The translations under genes were made by a program, and so were the position numbers. 64,000 bases of DNA from Desulfobacterales bacterium (lineage in GTDB: Bacteria; Desulfobacterota; Desulfobacteria; Desulfobacterales; JBGLNM01): NCBI GenBank assembly GCA_041299705.1, contig JBGLNM010000001.1, positions 722,714 to 786,713 of the forward strand, given 5' to 3'. Below, piece by piece: positions 19,262 through 28,326 of the stretch (the first letter of the stretch is position 1; each line of letters opens with the position of its first letter). The notes beneath the pieces are model-generated. The model was given only the letters and a program-made list of their open reading frames with translations. It was not told the DNA's origin and did not search any database.

Positions 19262-19684
19262 TCAGCGCACGGTTTCCACCCACCCCCGGTCGGCGTCGAC
19301 CACGACCTCGCGGGCACCCCTGAGCTTCTCGAAATCCGGGGGGGACAGGGTGACCATGGGGATCGACTTCCCGTAAAAGGCCTTGCTGACGATGGGCCCG
19401 GTCGCCAGAATCGGTTCGGCGTGGACGTTGACGATCGCCCGCGGCTGCCGTCCCAGGCGCACCAGTTCCAGGATGATCAGCGACGTGGTGCTCGACCCCT
19501 TGCCCTGGGGAAAAGCCAGCACCTTGCCGGCGATGCTCTGCCCGAACAGTTCGTGGCGCGGGTCGATGATGGCGCCGGTGGCCGGGTCGACCCCGCCCCA
19601 GAAGCTGATCGCCTGGCCGGTGATCAGCAGTTCGCCGCGGCCGACCCCCGAGGTGACGGCACAGCCCTTCAGCTTCGCGCCCAT
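19262..19684 (-). CDS. Aconitase X small (swivel) subunit, DUF126
   Basis: ISFWGGVDPATGAIIDPRHELFGQSIAGKVLAFPQGKGSSTTS. Overlaps the upstream large-subunit gene by 16 nt. Confidence 0.8.
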   Translation of the reverse strand: MGAKLKGCAVTSGVGRGELLITGQAISFWGGVDPATGAIIDPRHELFGQSIAGKVLAFPQGKGSSTTSLIILELVRLGRQPRAIVNVHAEPILATGPIVSKAFYGKSIPMVTLSPPDFEKLRGAREVVVDADRGWVETVR

Positions 19685-20937
19685 GTCGGCCCCCTCCTTG
19701 CATACCGGCCGCTCACCGCCGAGGCCACGCAGTCCTCGAGGGACCCGTACCCCACCGGGAGCCCGGTCTGTGAATAGCAGTAGTTGACGAACTTGACCGA
19801 ATCGCTCATCGCGGCCGTGAAATGCCAGCTTTTCTTGGGGTACTGCAGCGGGCAGCCGTCGGTGAAGACCCGGACCCCGGCAGCGGCGAGCCGGGCGATC
19901 AGGCCGCAGGTCTCGGCCCAGCCGTACACCGCGCGGCTGGTGAAAACGAGAAAGGCGACGTCGCGGTGGACGCTTCGGGCGTGCATCAGCGCCTCGAGGC
20001 GCAAAAATTCCCCGAAGGAGAAATGGGGGCAGCCGACGGTCACGAAATCGACCCGTTCCGATGCCGCGCTCCAGAGCTTTTCCTCCGCCGCGGCGATGGA
20101 TGCGGGGGTGATGACGCGGGATTCAGCCGGCCTGCGGCCCCCTGAGCACATCTCCAGCGTTCTCGCTTCCGGGGTCACGCCGAGCACGTGGAAAAGCCCC
20201 ACCCCCCCCGATGAGGCCGCGGCGGCGCTCAGTCCCTTCAAGGCATCGGTGGAGACCGTGTCGGGAATGCCGCGCAGCACGGCGATGCGGTCGCCGGCGA
20301 TCTCGCCCAGGACAAAGCCGACCAGGGGGTAGAGGGACACGCCGCCGAGGGCATCGGGGCCGAAGCCCTCCAGGTCGATGAGGATGTCGGCGCGCCGGTT
20401 CTCGTCGAGGTGCAGCCCGAAGCGCGGCACCTTGCCGACGATCCCGGCGCAGATGTCGAACAGGTCGCCGTAGCGGTTGGTGCGCGCCCCGATGACCGAG
20501 TTGGCGAACGCGATGGCGTTGGACTCCCCCCAGGCGATCTGCTCCCCGAAGCGGGGAATCATGCCCTGCTGGTAGGGGGCGCAGGTCCAGGTGGGGCAGG
20601 CGCCCATCGCCAGGTAGGCCCGCTCCAGGCGACGGCATTTCTCCAGCAGGGTCTCGTCCACACGGTATTCCCGCCAGCGGACGAGGTCGACGGCGCCCGC
20701 GTTGAGCGACGTCGGCACGGCGAAGCGCGCCCCGATGGCGGCGAAATGCTCGGCGAACTCCACCCCCGCATCCACCATGTAGACCGTGGTGTCCAGGTGC
20801 ACCTGGGAGACGGGCATCAGTTCGTCCGCCCCGAAAAGGTCGCCCAGTTCCACGACGACCTCCAGGGCCTTGCGGCAGGCCTCGCCCCTGGTGCCGTCCA
20901 ACATCTGTTTTTCATCGCTCTTCAGTCGCATGCGCAT
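19669..20937 (-). CDS. Aconitase X large (catalytic) subunit, DUF521
   Basis: ~420 aa with DEKQMLDG..G, QVHLD, TWTCAPYQ and WGESNAIAFANSV patterns typical of the AcnX catalytic domain. Confidence 0.8.
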   Translation of the reverse strand: MRMRLKSDEKQMLDGTRGEACRKALEVVVELGDLFGADELMPVSQVHLDTTVYMVDAGVEFAEHFAAIGARFAVPTSLNAGAVDLVRWREYRVDETLLEKCRRLERAYLAMGACPTWTCAPYQQGMIPRFGEQIAWGESNAIAFANSVIGARTNRYGDLFDICAGIVGKVPRFGLHLDENRRADILIDLEGFGPDALGGVSLYPLVGFVLGEIAGDRIAVLRGIPDTVSTDALKGLSAAAASSGGVGLFHVLGVTPEARTLEMCSGGRRPAESRVITPASIAAAEEKLWSAASERVDFVTVGCPHFSFGEFLRLEALMHARSVHRDVAFLVFTSRAVYGWAETCGLIARLAAAGVRVFTDGCPLQYPKKSWHFTAAMSDSVKFVNYCYSQTGLPVGYGSLEDCVASAVSGRYARRGPTWARS

Positions 20938-20947
20938 CCATCCAAGG

Positions 20948-21130
20948 TTAGGGGCTTTTGCCCAGTCCGGCGCTGTCGATGTGCTGGGTGACCTTGCACA
21001 GGAATTCCTTCGTGCGGTGGGCGCAAGGGTTCAACAGCACCTGGTCGGGCGGGCCCTGTTCGACGATCACGCCGTTTTCCATGAAAACGATCCGGTCGGC
21101 CGCGACCTGCCGGCAAAGGATTCCGAACTG
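20948..21130 (-). pseudogene. C-terminal remnant (~55 aa) of an amino-acid-type ABC transporter ATPase
   Basis: ADRIVFMENGVIVEQGPPDQVLLNPCAHRTKEFLCKV matches the extreme C-terminus of GlnQ/HisP-like ATPases. Walker motifs are absent, and the upstream space is occupied by the end of the next gene. Confidence 0.65.
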
Positions 21131-21153
21131 CCGCTCCCCCCCGCCCGCGCCGG

Positions 21154-22173
21154 TCACGCCAGCAGGAACCCGTGCTTCAGGGGGTCGTCGGGGTCAATCA
21201 GGAACTGGCTCATGCCCATCAGGTGGGCCTGCCCCGAGACCTCCACGATCACGGCCGGGAATTCCCCCACGCGGGTTTCCTCCACGGCCGCCGCCCGGAA
21301 AAGGCTTCCGATGATGGACTCGTGCACGAAGGGTTGCCCCAGGGGCAATTGCCCTTTGGCCCACAGGGTCGCCACGCGGGCGGAGGTGCCGGTGCCGCAG
21401 GGCGAGCGGTCGATGCCGCTTTGCGCGAAAAAGACGGTGTTCAGGCCGTCGGCCGCCGGGTTGCGCGCCTGCGCGAAAAACTGCACGTGGGTGCAGCTGT
21501 CGACGAACGCCTTTTCGGGGTGCCGGATCCGGACGCTCTGGTTGACGGCCCTGCGCACGGCCGTGCCGAGCTCGACGATCCGGCCGGCGTTTTCAGGCGC
21601 GATGCCGAGGGAAAAGCGCTCGGCCGCGACGATGGCGTAGACATTGCCGCCGTAGGCCACGTCCAGGCGCACCGGTCCGAAATCGGCAAGGGTCACTTCC
21701 AGGTCCCGGGCCATGACAAAGCTCGGCACGTTGCGGAAGGAGACCTCCCGGGCGCGGCGGTTTTCCACCTGCACGCGCACCCGGACCAGCCCGCCGGGGG
21801 TATCCAGGCGGATGACGGTTTCCGGCTCGGTCACCGCCACCATGCCCGTTTCCACGAGCATCGTGCAGACACCGATCGTGTCGTGGCCGCACATGGGCAG
21901 GTACCCGGTGGTTTCGATGAAAATGGCGCCGATATCGGCCTCCGGGTGGCAGGGTTCGGTGAGGACGACGCCGGACATGATGGCGCTGCCGCGGGGCTCG
22001 AACATGAGGGCCGTCCGGACCCAGTCCATGTGGTCCCGGAGGTGGATCATCTTCTCGGCGACGCTGGCGCCGGGAATCGCCGGCAGCCCGCCCGTGACGG
22101 TGCGCGTGGGCTGTCCGCCGGTGTGGGTGTCGACCGTTGTGAAAAGACGTTCGGCGCGCATGGGCCTCTCCAT
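21154..22173 (-). CDS. Proline racemase family enzyme, Cys/Cys type (4-hydroxyproline 2-epimerase or proline racemase)
   Basis: TVDTHTGGQPTR, first catalytic Cys in LPMCGHDTIG, second in DRSPCGTGTSARVA. Confidence 0.8.
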   Translation of the reverse strand: MERPMRAERLFTTVDTHTGGQPTRTVTGGLPAIPGASVAEKMIHLRDHMDWVRTALMFEPRGSAIMSGVVLTEPCHPEADIGAIFIETTGYLPMCGHDTIGVCTMLVETGMVAVTEPETVIRLDTPGGLVRVRVQVENRRAREVSFRNVPSFVMARDLEVTLADFGPVRLDVAYGGNVYAIVAAERFSLGIAPENAGRIVELGTAVRRAVNQSVRIRHPEKAFVDSCTHVQFFAQARNPAADGLNTVFFAQSGIDRSPCGTGTSARVATLWAKGQLPLGQPFVHESIIGSLFRAAAVEETRVGEFPAVIVEVSGQAHLMGMSQFLIDPDDPLKHGFLLA

Positions 22174-22215
22174 CTGGGGGTGAAAATGCCCGCCCGGGGG
22201 CGGGACCGCGGCGCG

Positions 22216-23088
22216 TCACTCGTCCAGCGCGGCCAGGGCCTGCTGGAGATCGCGCGTTTGCGCCTCGGTCAGCGGCAGCACCGGTTTGCGGCAGGGACCG
22301 ACCGCGTTGACGCGCAGGTTGGTGGCGGCCTTCACCGCGGCATTGTAGACGTGGCCCCAGAAGAACAGGTTCAGGGGCAGCACGCGTTTCCAGAGGCGCC
22401 GGGCCGCGGCGAGATCGCCCCGGGTCACCAGGTCGTAGAGCGCCACCGCCTCCTTCGGCATGGCGTTGCAGGCCCCCCAGATGCAGCCGACGGCGCCCGA
22501 CATGAGGCTGTCGAAGGCGATGGGGTCGCCGCCGTTGAAAACCCTGGCGCCGGAGGCGATCAGCTGCCGGATGCGGATCAGGTCCCCGGTGCTGTCCTTG
22601 ATGTAGCGCACGTTGTCGATTTCCCGCAGCCGGGTGAAAAACTCGGGCGTGATGTCGAACCCGCTGTGTACCGGGATGTTGTAGGCGACGATGGGGATGC
22701 GGATCGCCTCGGCGATCTTCTCGTAGTGGTAGTAGACGCCGCGCGCGTCGGGACCTTCGAAATACGGGGGCAGGATCAGCAGGGCGTCGGCGCCGGCGCC
22801 CTCGGCGAAGCGCGCGTTTTCGACCGCATCCCGGGTGCCGATGGCCGACGTCTGGACCATCAGGCTGCAGCGGCCGTCGATGTGCCTGGCGGCGGTCTCG
22901 GCGAGGCGGCGCTTTTCATCGGGGCGCAGGTAGGCGAACTCGCCGGTGCCGCCGCACACCAGGACGATGTGGCTGCCAGCTTCGACCAGGATGTCGATCT
23001 GCCTTTTAAAGGCCGTCTCGTCGACCGCTTCCCCGTCCTGGGTGAAAGGGGTGCACATGGCCGCGCAAATTCCATGCAGTTCGTTCAT
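22216..23088 (-). CDS. DapA/NAL-family lyase (candidate pyrroline-4-hydroxy-2-carboxylate deaminase)
   Basis: CGGTGEF, YNIP and a Schiff-base lysine in YIKDSTG. The functional suggestion comes from context next to the proline-racemase-family gene. Confidence 0.7.
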   Translation of the reverse strand: MNELHGICAAMCTPFTQDGEAVDETAFKRQIDILVEAGSHIVLVCGGTGEFAYLRPDEKRRLAETAARHIDGRCSLMVQTSAIGTRDAVENARFAEGAGADALLILPPYFEGPDARGVYYHYEKIAEAIRIPIVAYNIPVHSGFDITPEFFTRLREIDNVRYIKDSTGDLIRIRQLIASGARVFNGGDPIAFDSLMSGAVGCIWGACNAMPKEAVALYDLVTRGDLAAARRLWKRVLPLNLFFWGHVYNAAVKAATNLRVNAVGPCRKPVLPLTEAQTRDLQQALAALDE

Positions 23089-23143
23089 GGGATCTCTCCT
23101 TCTCTGTCTGGCCGGGGCCGGCGCGCCGGCCCCGTGCCGGGCG

Positions 23144-23818
23144 TCAGTTTTTTTCCTGCCGGTACCTCAAGGCGTTGCGGTATCCGAAGGTGATCAGGTC
23201 TTTCATGATCCCCGCGGCCCGGTCCGCATCCCGCACCCTGATGGCGTCCAGAACGGGGAAGTGCGACGGCAGCGTCTCCTCGGGCGGCGCGTTGGGGTAG
23301 AGGCGCCCCTCCGCGGCGATGAATGCCCGGAGCTGGTTGGAAAGCTCCAGCCAGGCTTTCAGCAGGCGCCGGTTTTCGGAAAGCTCGCAAATCGTGCGGT
23401 GAAAACCGAGGTCGGCGTCGATGACGTCCTCGGTCCTGCACTGGGTGGCGACGCGCTTCATTTTTTCGACCACCGCCTCGAGGCGCCCGATCTTTTCGGG
23501 GGTCAACTTTCTGACCAGGGTGCGGATGGCCAACTCTTCCAGGACCATGCGCAGCTCGTAGATCTCCTCGAGGGCCTGGTCGGTCAGGGCCGTGATCACC
23601 GCGCCCTTGTAAGGCCGGGCGGAAATCAGGCCCTCTTTTTCGAGGCGCCGCAGGGCCTCGCGCACCGTCACCCGGCTGATGCCCATCTCCTGGGCGAGGG
23701 TCGCCTCGATGACGCGTTCGCCGGGCTTGAGCTTGCCCTGCTTGATCGCCTCGCGGATCTGCCCCAGGACACGGTCGGCGAGTGTGGCGCGCCTTTCCTC
23801 CTTGAAGATCGCTTTCAT
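23144..23818 (-). CDS. GntR-family transcriptional regulator with an FCD ligand domain
   Basis: wHTH region LKPGERVIEATLAQEMGISRVTVREALRRLEKEGLI, followed by a helical FCD-type domain. Confidence 0.8.
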   Translation of the reverse strand: MKAIFKEERRATLADRVLGQIREAIKQGKLKPGERVIEATLAQEMGISRVTVREALRRLEKEGLISARPYKGAVITALTDQALEEIYELRMVLEELAIRTLVRKLTPEKIGRLEAVVEKMKRVATQCRTEDVIDADLGFHRTICELSENRRLLKAWLELSNQLRAFIAAEGRLYPNAPPEETLPSHFPVLDAIRVRDADRAAGIMKDLITFGYRNALRYRQEKN

Positions 23819-23912
23819 CGGTCAATCCCGCACATGGGGGTCTGAAGCCTTTCGGTGATGCCGTTTTTCGTCGGCCGCCTGTCACGCCCTTCCCGGCGGG
23901 GCTCCGCGCCGC

Positions 23913-24785
23913 TCAACCCAGCGAGGCCCTGAAAATGCGTTCGACGTCGCCGGCGGCCATGGGCGCCGGGGTGCGCTCGAAATGCGCGCCCGCGCAGCGG
24001 AAGGTGTTGGCCACCAGATCCGCCACGTCGGCCGGCCCGATGCCGTGGTCCCCGAGCCGTTCTGCGCCCAGCCCGCTCTCCTGGATCAAGCGCTCCAGGC
24101 GTGGGGTGAACGCGGGGCTCGGCCCGTCGTCCTCCCGGGCCTGCCCGCTCATGGCCTCAGCCAGCCGCTCGAAGAGACCGGGCGCCCCCGCCTCCAGGAA
24201 CCTGAAATAGGCCGGCGCCAGGAGCGCCAGGCCGGCCCCGTGGGCCAGCCCGCCGAGGGACAGGCCCATGGCGTGCAGCGATATGACGCCCGTCAGCGCT
24301 TCGCACACCCCTGCCTCCATGGCGGCCAGGGACATGGCGCAGCGCAGCGCGATGTCCCTGCCGTTCTGAACGGCCCCCGGCAGGCTGCGGCTGATGCGCA
24401 CCACGGCGTCCAGGGCCAGCAGGTCGGTCAGGGGCTGCGCCGCCCGCGACAGCACGGCCTCGACTGCGTGCAGCAGGGCGTCCAGCCCGATGGTGAAATC
24501 GCACCCGCGGCACCGGAAAACCTCGGCCCCCTCCTCGATCCGGTCCGACTCGGGGTTGGGGCGGATGCGGTCGAAAACGACGCTCGCAGTGCCGTTTTGC
24601 CGCAGCAGATCCTGCACGCGCGGAAGGTATCCGTTGCGCGCCATGGCGCCTCCCGCGCTGACCACAATGAGGGCCTTTTTGCCCGGCAGGTGCGGGGTCG
24701 TCCCCAGTTCGGCCAAGCGCCGGGGGCCGAAAACGAAAGGGGTCGGCAAAAACCAGGGGCAATCGATCGCAGCCGCTTGATTCAA
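23913..24785 (-). CDS. Iron-containing alcohol dehydrogenase family protein with an in-frame internal gap of ~100 residues
   Basis: N-terminus FLPTPFVFGPRRLAELG..KALIVVS..CDFTIGL joins directly to DALLHAVEAV. The GGGS nucleotide-binding motif and the following region are absent. TTG start. Confidence 0.7.
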   Translation of the reverse strand: MNQAAAIDCPWFLPTPFVFGPRRLAELGTTPHLPGKKALIVVSAGGAMARNGYLPRVQDLLRQNGTASVVFDRIRPNPESDRIEEGAEVFRCRGCDFTIGLDALLHAVEAVLSRAAQPLTDLLALDAVVRISRSLPGAVQNGRDIALRCAMSLAAMEAGVCEALTGVISLHAMGLSLGGLAHGAGLALLAPAYFRFLEAGAPGLFERLAEAMSGQAREDDGPSPAFTPRLERLIQESGLGAERLGDHGIGPADVADLVANTFRCAGAHFERTPAPMAAGDVERIFRASLG

Positions 24786-24803
24786 TCGTAGCCCCCACTT
24801 CAG

Positions 24804-24822
24804 ATTGTAAACAGTTTACAAT
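24804..24822. promoter_or_regulatory. Perfect 19-bp palindrome ATTGTAAAC-A-GTTTACAAT, candidate GntR-type operator
   Basis: Lies 19-37 nt upstream of the Fe-ADH start. Fits the generic GntR half-site pattern (T.GT...AC.A). A GntR gene lies ~1 kb away. Confidence 0.45.
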
Positions 24823-25084
24823 TTTAACGATGGATGTCAATCCTTTTTGTCAAATGGCATGCATGCCGCTTGCCTTCCCTGCGGGCAGGCCCTACAATAG
24901 AGGATATATCGCGTCGCGCGGCTTGCTGCGGGGAGATTGCTTTCCGGATGGGGGTGCCGTCCCGCTCGATGTGAAACGTCGCCCCCGCGCCTCACCGCCC
25001 GAGGGATTTGAAGCGCATCGCCTGTTTGCCCGTCACATCTTACCCGATGCAGCCCCAGGCGCATCGTCCAGGGAGGAAACCCTA

Positions 25085-25228
25085 TTGGCGAAACCCAATT
25101 ATCAATTTGAAAAAAGACAGAAAGAATTGGCCCGGAAGAAGAAAAAAGAAAAGAAGCGGCAGGAGAAACTGGACAAGAAGGGGCCCGATTCCGGGAACAG
25201 CCCCGGAGATCCTCCGGCAGAGGCGTGA
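25085..25228 (+). CDS. Possible small lysine-rich protein (47 codons, TTG start)
   Basis: (M)AKPNYQFEKRQKELARKKKKEKKRQEKLDKKGPD. The start codon is uncertain, and the upstream part of the listed ORF looks non-coding. Confidence 0.3.
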   Translation: MAKPNYQFEKRQKELARKKKKEKKRQEKLDKKGPDSGNSPGDPPAEA

Positions 25229-26568
25229 ACCTGCCCGCCTGCAAGCCCGAGGCCGAATTGCACCCGACAGGCGCTCGCTTCCTCTTCATCGCCGGGGATA
25301 TCCTCCAGGGAACCCCGCTGTCGACGGTCTTTCGCGGAAAGCCCGACGTGGAAGCCTTCAACGCCATGGGCGTGGATGCCCTGGCCGTGGGAAACCACGA
25401 GTTCGATTTCGGCCGCGACAATTTCGACACGCTGAGACGCCGGGCCGCGTTTCCCTTTCTGAGCGCCAACATCCGCCTCGAAAACGGGTGGCGACTGCTC
25501 TGCGACCCCATGGCGGCCTTCCCCCTGGGGGAGAGCCTGTCCTTGGCCGTCATCGGCCTCACCACCCGCGAACTGACGACCACCACCCTGCCCGCCCATG
25601 TCGCCGGGTTGACCGTCGAAGACCCGGTGGCGTCCGTCCGCCGGGAGATCGGCCGGCGCCAGGGCCGTGGGCCCCTGATCCTGCTGTCTCACAGCCGCCA
25701 CGCAACCGACCGGCGGATCGCCGCCGCGGCGCCGGAGCTCGACCTCATCATCGCCGGCCACGACCACCTCCTGTTCGACCCCGGCCGGGTGGTCGAGGGC
25801 ATCCCCATGTTCCAGGCGCTCGACAACGGCCGCTATCTCGGGCGCGTCGACCTGGCCGTCGACCCCTCTTCCGGCAGGGCCCGGGTGGAATCGGCCGTTT
25901 ACCTGCCGATAACGGCCCGACTCTCCGAAGACCCCGAGGTCGCCGCCATCGTTTCCGGCTACCGGGAGCGCCTGGGGGCGAGCTTCAAGGAGGTGATCGG
26001 GCGCTCGGAGGTGTTCCTGGACGGCCGCAGGGCCCGCGTGCGCTATGAAGAGACCGCCCTGGGGAATTTCGTCACCGATGTGATGCGGGAGTACGCGGCG
26101 ACCGACATAGCCCTGCTGAATTCGGGGGCCTTGCGCGACAGCATCGACCCGGGCCCCATCACCCTGGAGCAGATCCTCAGGGTCCTGCCCTTCGACATCG
26201 ACATCGTGCGCTTGGAGTTGAGCGGCGCAGAGCTCCTGGAGGCGCTGACCCGCTCGGTGCGCGGGGCCCGCGGGGACGAGGACGGGGGGTTTCTCCAGGT
26301 GTCGGGCATCCGCTTCGCCGTGCGGGGGCATCGCGTCGAAAAAGTGCGCGTCGGCCCGCAGGACAAGCCTTTGGATATCCGCCGGACGTACACGGTCGCG
26401 GTGCCCGATTTTCTCGCCAGCGGGGGGGACGGGTACGCCCGCTTTGCCGCGAAGCAGGGTGTCCGCACCCGTCTGCCCCTGCGGGAAGTCGTCGCGGATG
26501 CCGTGCGCACGCGGGGATCCATCGCGCCCGCAGCGGAAAAACGCATATCCCGAATGGAGACGCCATGA
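25225..26568 (+). CDS. 5-prime-nucleotidase / UDP-sugar hydrolase family metallophosphoesterase, lacking signal peptide and first metal-binding motif
   Basis: AGDILQGTP, GNHEFDFG, SHS and IIAGHDH motifs plus a C-terminal nucleotidase domain (FLASGGDGY). No DxH motif or signal peptide precedes GD. Confidence 0.75.
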   Translation: MNLPACKPEAELHPTGARFLFIAGDILQGTPLSTVFRGKPDVEAFNAMGVDALAVGNHEFDFGRDNFDTLRRRAAFPFLSANIRLENGWRLLCDPMAAFPLGESLSLAVIGLTTRELTTTTLPAHVAGLTVEDPVASVRREIGRRQGRGPLILLSHSRHATDRRIAAAAPELDLIIAGHDHLLFDPGRVVEGIPMFQALDNGRYLGRVDLAVDPSSGRARVESAVYLPITARLSEDPEVAAIVSGYRERLGASFKEVIGRSEVFLDGRRARVRYEETALGNFVTDVMREYAATDIALLNSGALRDSIDPGPITLEQILRVLPFDIDIVRLELSGAELLEALTRSVRGARGDEDGGFLQVSGIRFAVRGHRVEKVRVGPQDKPLDIRRTYTVAVPDFLASGGDGYARFAAKQGVRTRLPLREVVADAVRTRGSIAPAAEKRISRMETP

Positions 26569-26819
26569 AAAAGCGCCCCCTCACCCCAGCCTACATTTTT
26601 TTCTATATCCTCTTTTCCCCCGACACCTGGCGGATTCTCAGCGCCGCCGTTCTGGCATTTCTGCTGGCACCCGCGCTCACCGCCACGCGCGAACTGAACC
26701 GGCCGGCCCAATGGGTGGTCTATGCCATGGTCGCCGGCATCGGCTACGGCCTCTCCGGTTTGCCGGCCAGGAAACTGGCCGCCTTTCTGCGCCGCAGGGT
26801 CCTGGGAACCGGCCGCTGA
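26565..26819 (+). CDS. Small hypothetical membrane protein
   Basis: Two to three hydrophobic segments. ATGA overlap with the preceding stop. Confidence 0.45.
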   Translation: MKKRPLTPAYIFFYILFSPDTWRILSAAVLAFLLAPALTATRELNRPAQWVVYAMVAGIGYGLSGLPARKLAAFLRRRVLGTGR

Positions 26820-26933
26820 AAGCCGTGACGGGGCAGCACCGCTCCACGGAACTCCAAAAGAAATGCGGCGCCGCGCCGCCGCATGGGCGGGCCGGTGAGC
26901 GCCGCCCGATCCCATTGCCGCGAGGAGGTCGCC

Positions 26934-27485
26934 ATGTTCATGCAACTGATCCGTGACAGAAGAAGCGTCCGCAGGTTCGAGACCCGGCCGGTCGCCCCCG
27001 GGGCGGTCGCGCAGCTGGTGGAGGCGGCCCTGCGCGCGCCTTCCTCGCGGGGGTTCAACCCGTGGGAATTCATCGTCGTGTCAGATCCCGAGACCCTCGA
27101 AAAGCTCTCCCGCGCCAAGCCCCACGGGGCCGCTTTCCTCAAAAACGCCCCCTTGGGCATCGTGGTCTGCGCCGACCCGGCCACATCCGACGTCTGGGTG
27201 GAGGATGCCGCCATCGCCGCCATCTATCTCCACCTCGCGGCCGCCTCCCTGGGGCTGGGGAGCTGCTGGGTCCAGATCCGCGAACGCATGCACGCCGAGA
27301 CCGTGACGGCCGAGGCCTATGTCCGCGATGCGCTCGCGGTTCCGGACCGCCTGCGGGTGCTGGCGGTCATGGCTGTCGGGCATCCGCGAGAGAGGCCCGA
27401 ACCCCACGGCCCACGGTACCCCCGGTTCGAGAAGGTCCATTCCGAACGCTATGCCAGGCCCTGGAAACAGATGCGCCAGGAGTGA
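26934..27485 (+). CDS. Nitroreductase family protein
   Basis: RRSVRRF..APSSRGFNPWEFIVV..ASLGLGSCWV. RBS GAGGAGG at 26922-26928. Confidence 0.8.
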   Translation: MFMQLIRDRRSVRRFETRPVAPGAVAQLVEAALRAPSSRGFNPWEFIVVSDPETLEKLSRAKPHGAAFLKNAPLGIVVCADPATSDVWVEDAAIAAIYLHLAAASLGLGSCWVQIRERMHAETVTAEAYVRDALAVPDRLRVLAVMAVGHPRERPEPHGPRYPRFEKVHSERYARPWKQMRQE

Positions 27486-27487
27486 CC

Positions 27488-28321
27488 ATGCCCGAGCTGC
27501 CCGAGGTCCAGACCATCGTCGACGCCCTGAACCGCCAGAACCTTCCGGGCTCGACCGTGAGCGGGGTGCAGGTGCACTGGCCCCGGACGATCGCCGCCGA
27601 GACACCCGACAGCTTCAGCCGGCGCCTCGCCGGCCGCCGCATCGAAACGATCCGGCGCCGGGGCAAGTTCATCGTTTGCGACCTGGACGGAGGCCGGCAC
27701 CTGCTCATTCACCTGCGGATGTCCGGCCGGCTGATGCTGGAGGCTCCCGATGCCCCCAGGACCGCCCACCAGCACGTCATTCTGGAGCTGGGCCCCCGGC
27801 GGCAGCTGCGCCTCCACGACCCGCGCAAGTTCGGCCGGGTCTACCTGGTGGACGACCCGGGGGCCGTTCTCGGCCGCCTCGGCCCCGAGCCCCTGAGCGA
27901 GTCTTTCAGCGCCCGCCGCCTGGCCCGGTGCCTGCGCTCCCGCAGACGCCTGCTGAAGCCGCTCCTTCTGGACCAGGGCTTCGTGGCCGGCCTGGGAAAC
28001 ATCTATGTGGACGAGGCCCTCTGGGATGCCGGCCTTCATCCCCTGCGGCGCAGCGACTCCCTCTCGGGCGAAGAGATCCGGGCCCTGCACCGCTCCATCC
28101 GCAAGGTGCTGCGCAAGGGGCTGCGGAACCTGGGAACCAGCCTGGGAGGCGGCCAGTCCAACTTCCACTCCCTTGCCGACCGCCAGGGCCGCAACCGGGA
28201 AGAGCTGAGGGTTTTCCGGCGCACGGGCGAGGCCTGCCCCCGCTGCGGCCAGGCCATCCGGCGCATCGTCGTCGGCCAGCGCGCCACCCACATCTGCCCG
28301 GACTGCCAGCGGCGGCCGTAA
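27488..28321 (+). CDS. mutM: Formamidopyrimidine-DNA glycosylase
   Basis: MPELPEV N-terminus, H2TH region and C-terminal zinc finger CPRCG..CPDCQ. Confidence 0.9.
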   Translation: MPELPEVQTIVDALNRQNLPGSTVSGVQVHWPRTIAAETPDSFSRRLAGRRIETIRRRGKFIVCDLDGGRHLLIHLRMSGRLMLEAPDAPRTAHQHVILELGPRRQLRLHDPRKFGRVYLVDDPGAVLGRLGPEPLSESFSARRLARCLRSRRRLLKPLLLDQGFVAGLGNIYVDEALWDAGLHPLRRSDSLSGEEIRALHRSIRKVLRKGLRNLGTSLGGGQSNFHSLADRQGRNREELRVFRRTGEACPRCGQAIRRIVVGQRATHICPDCQRRP

Positions 28322-28326
28322 AACGG

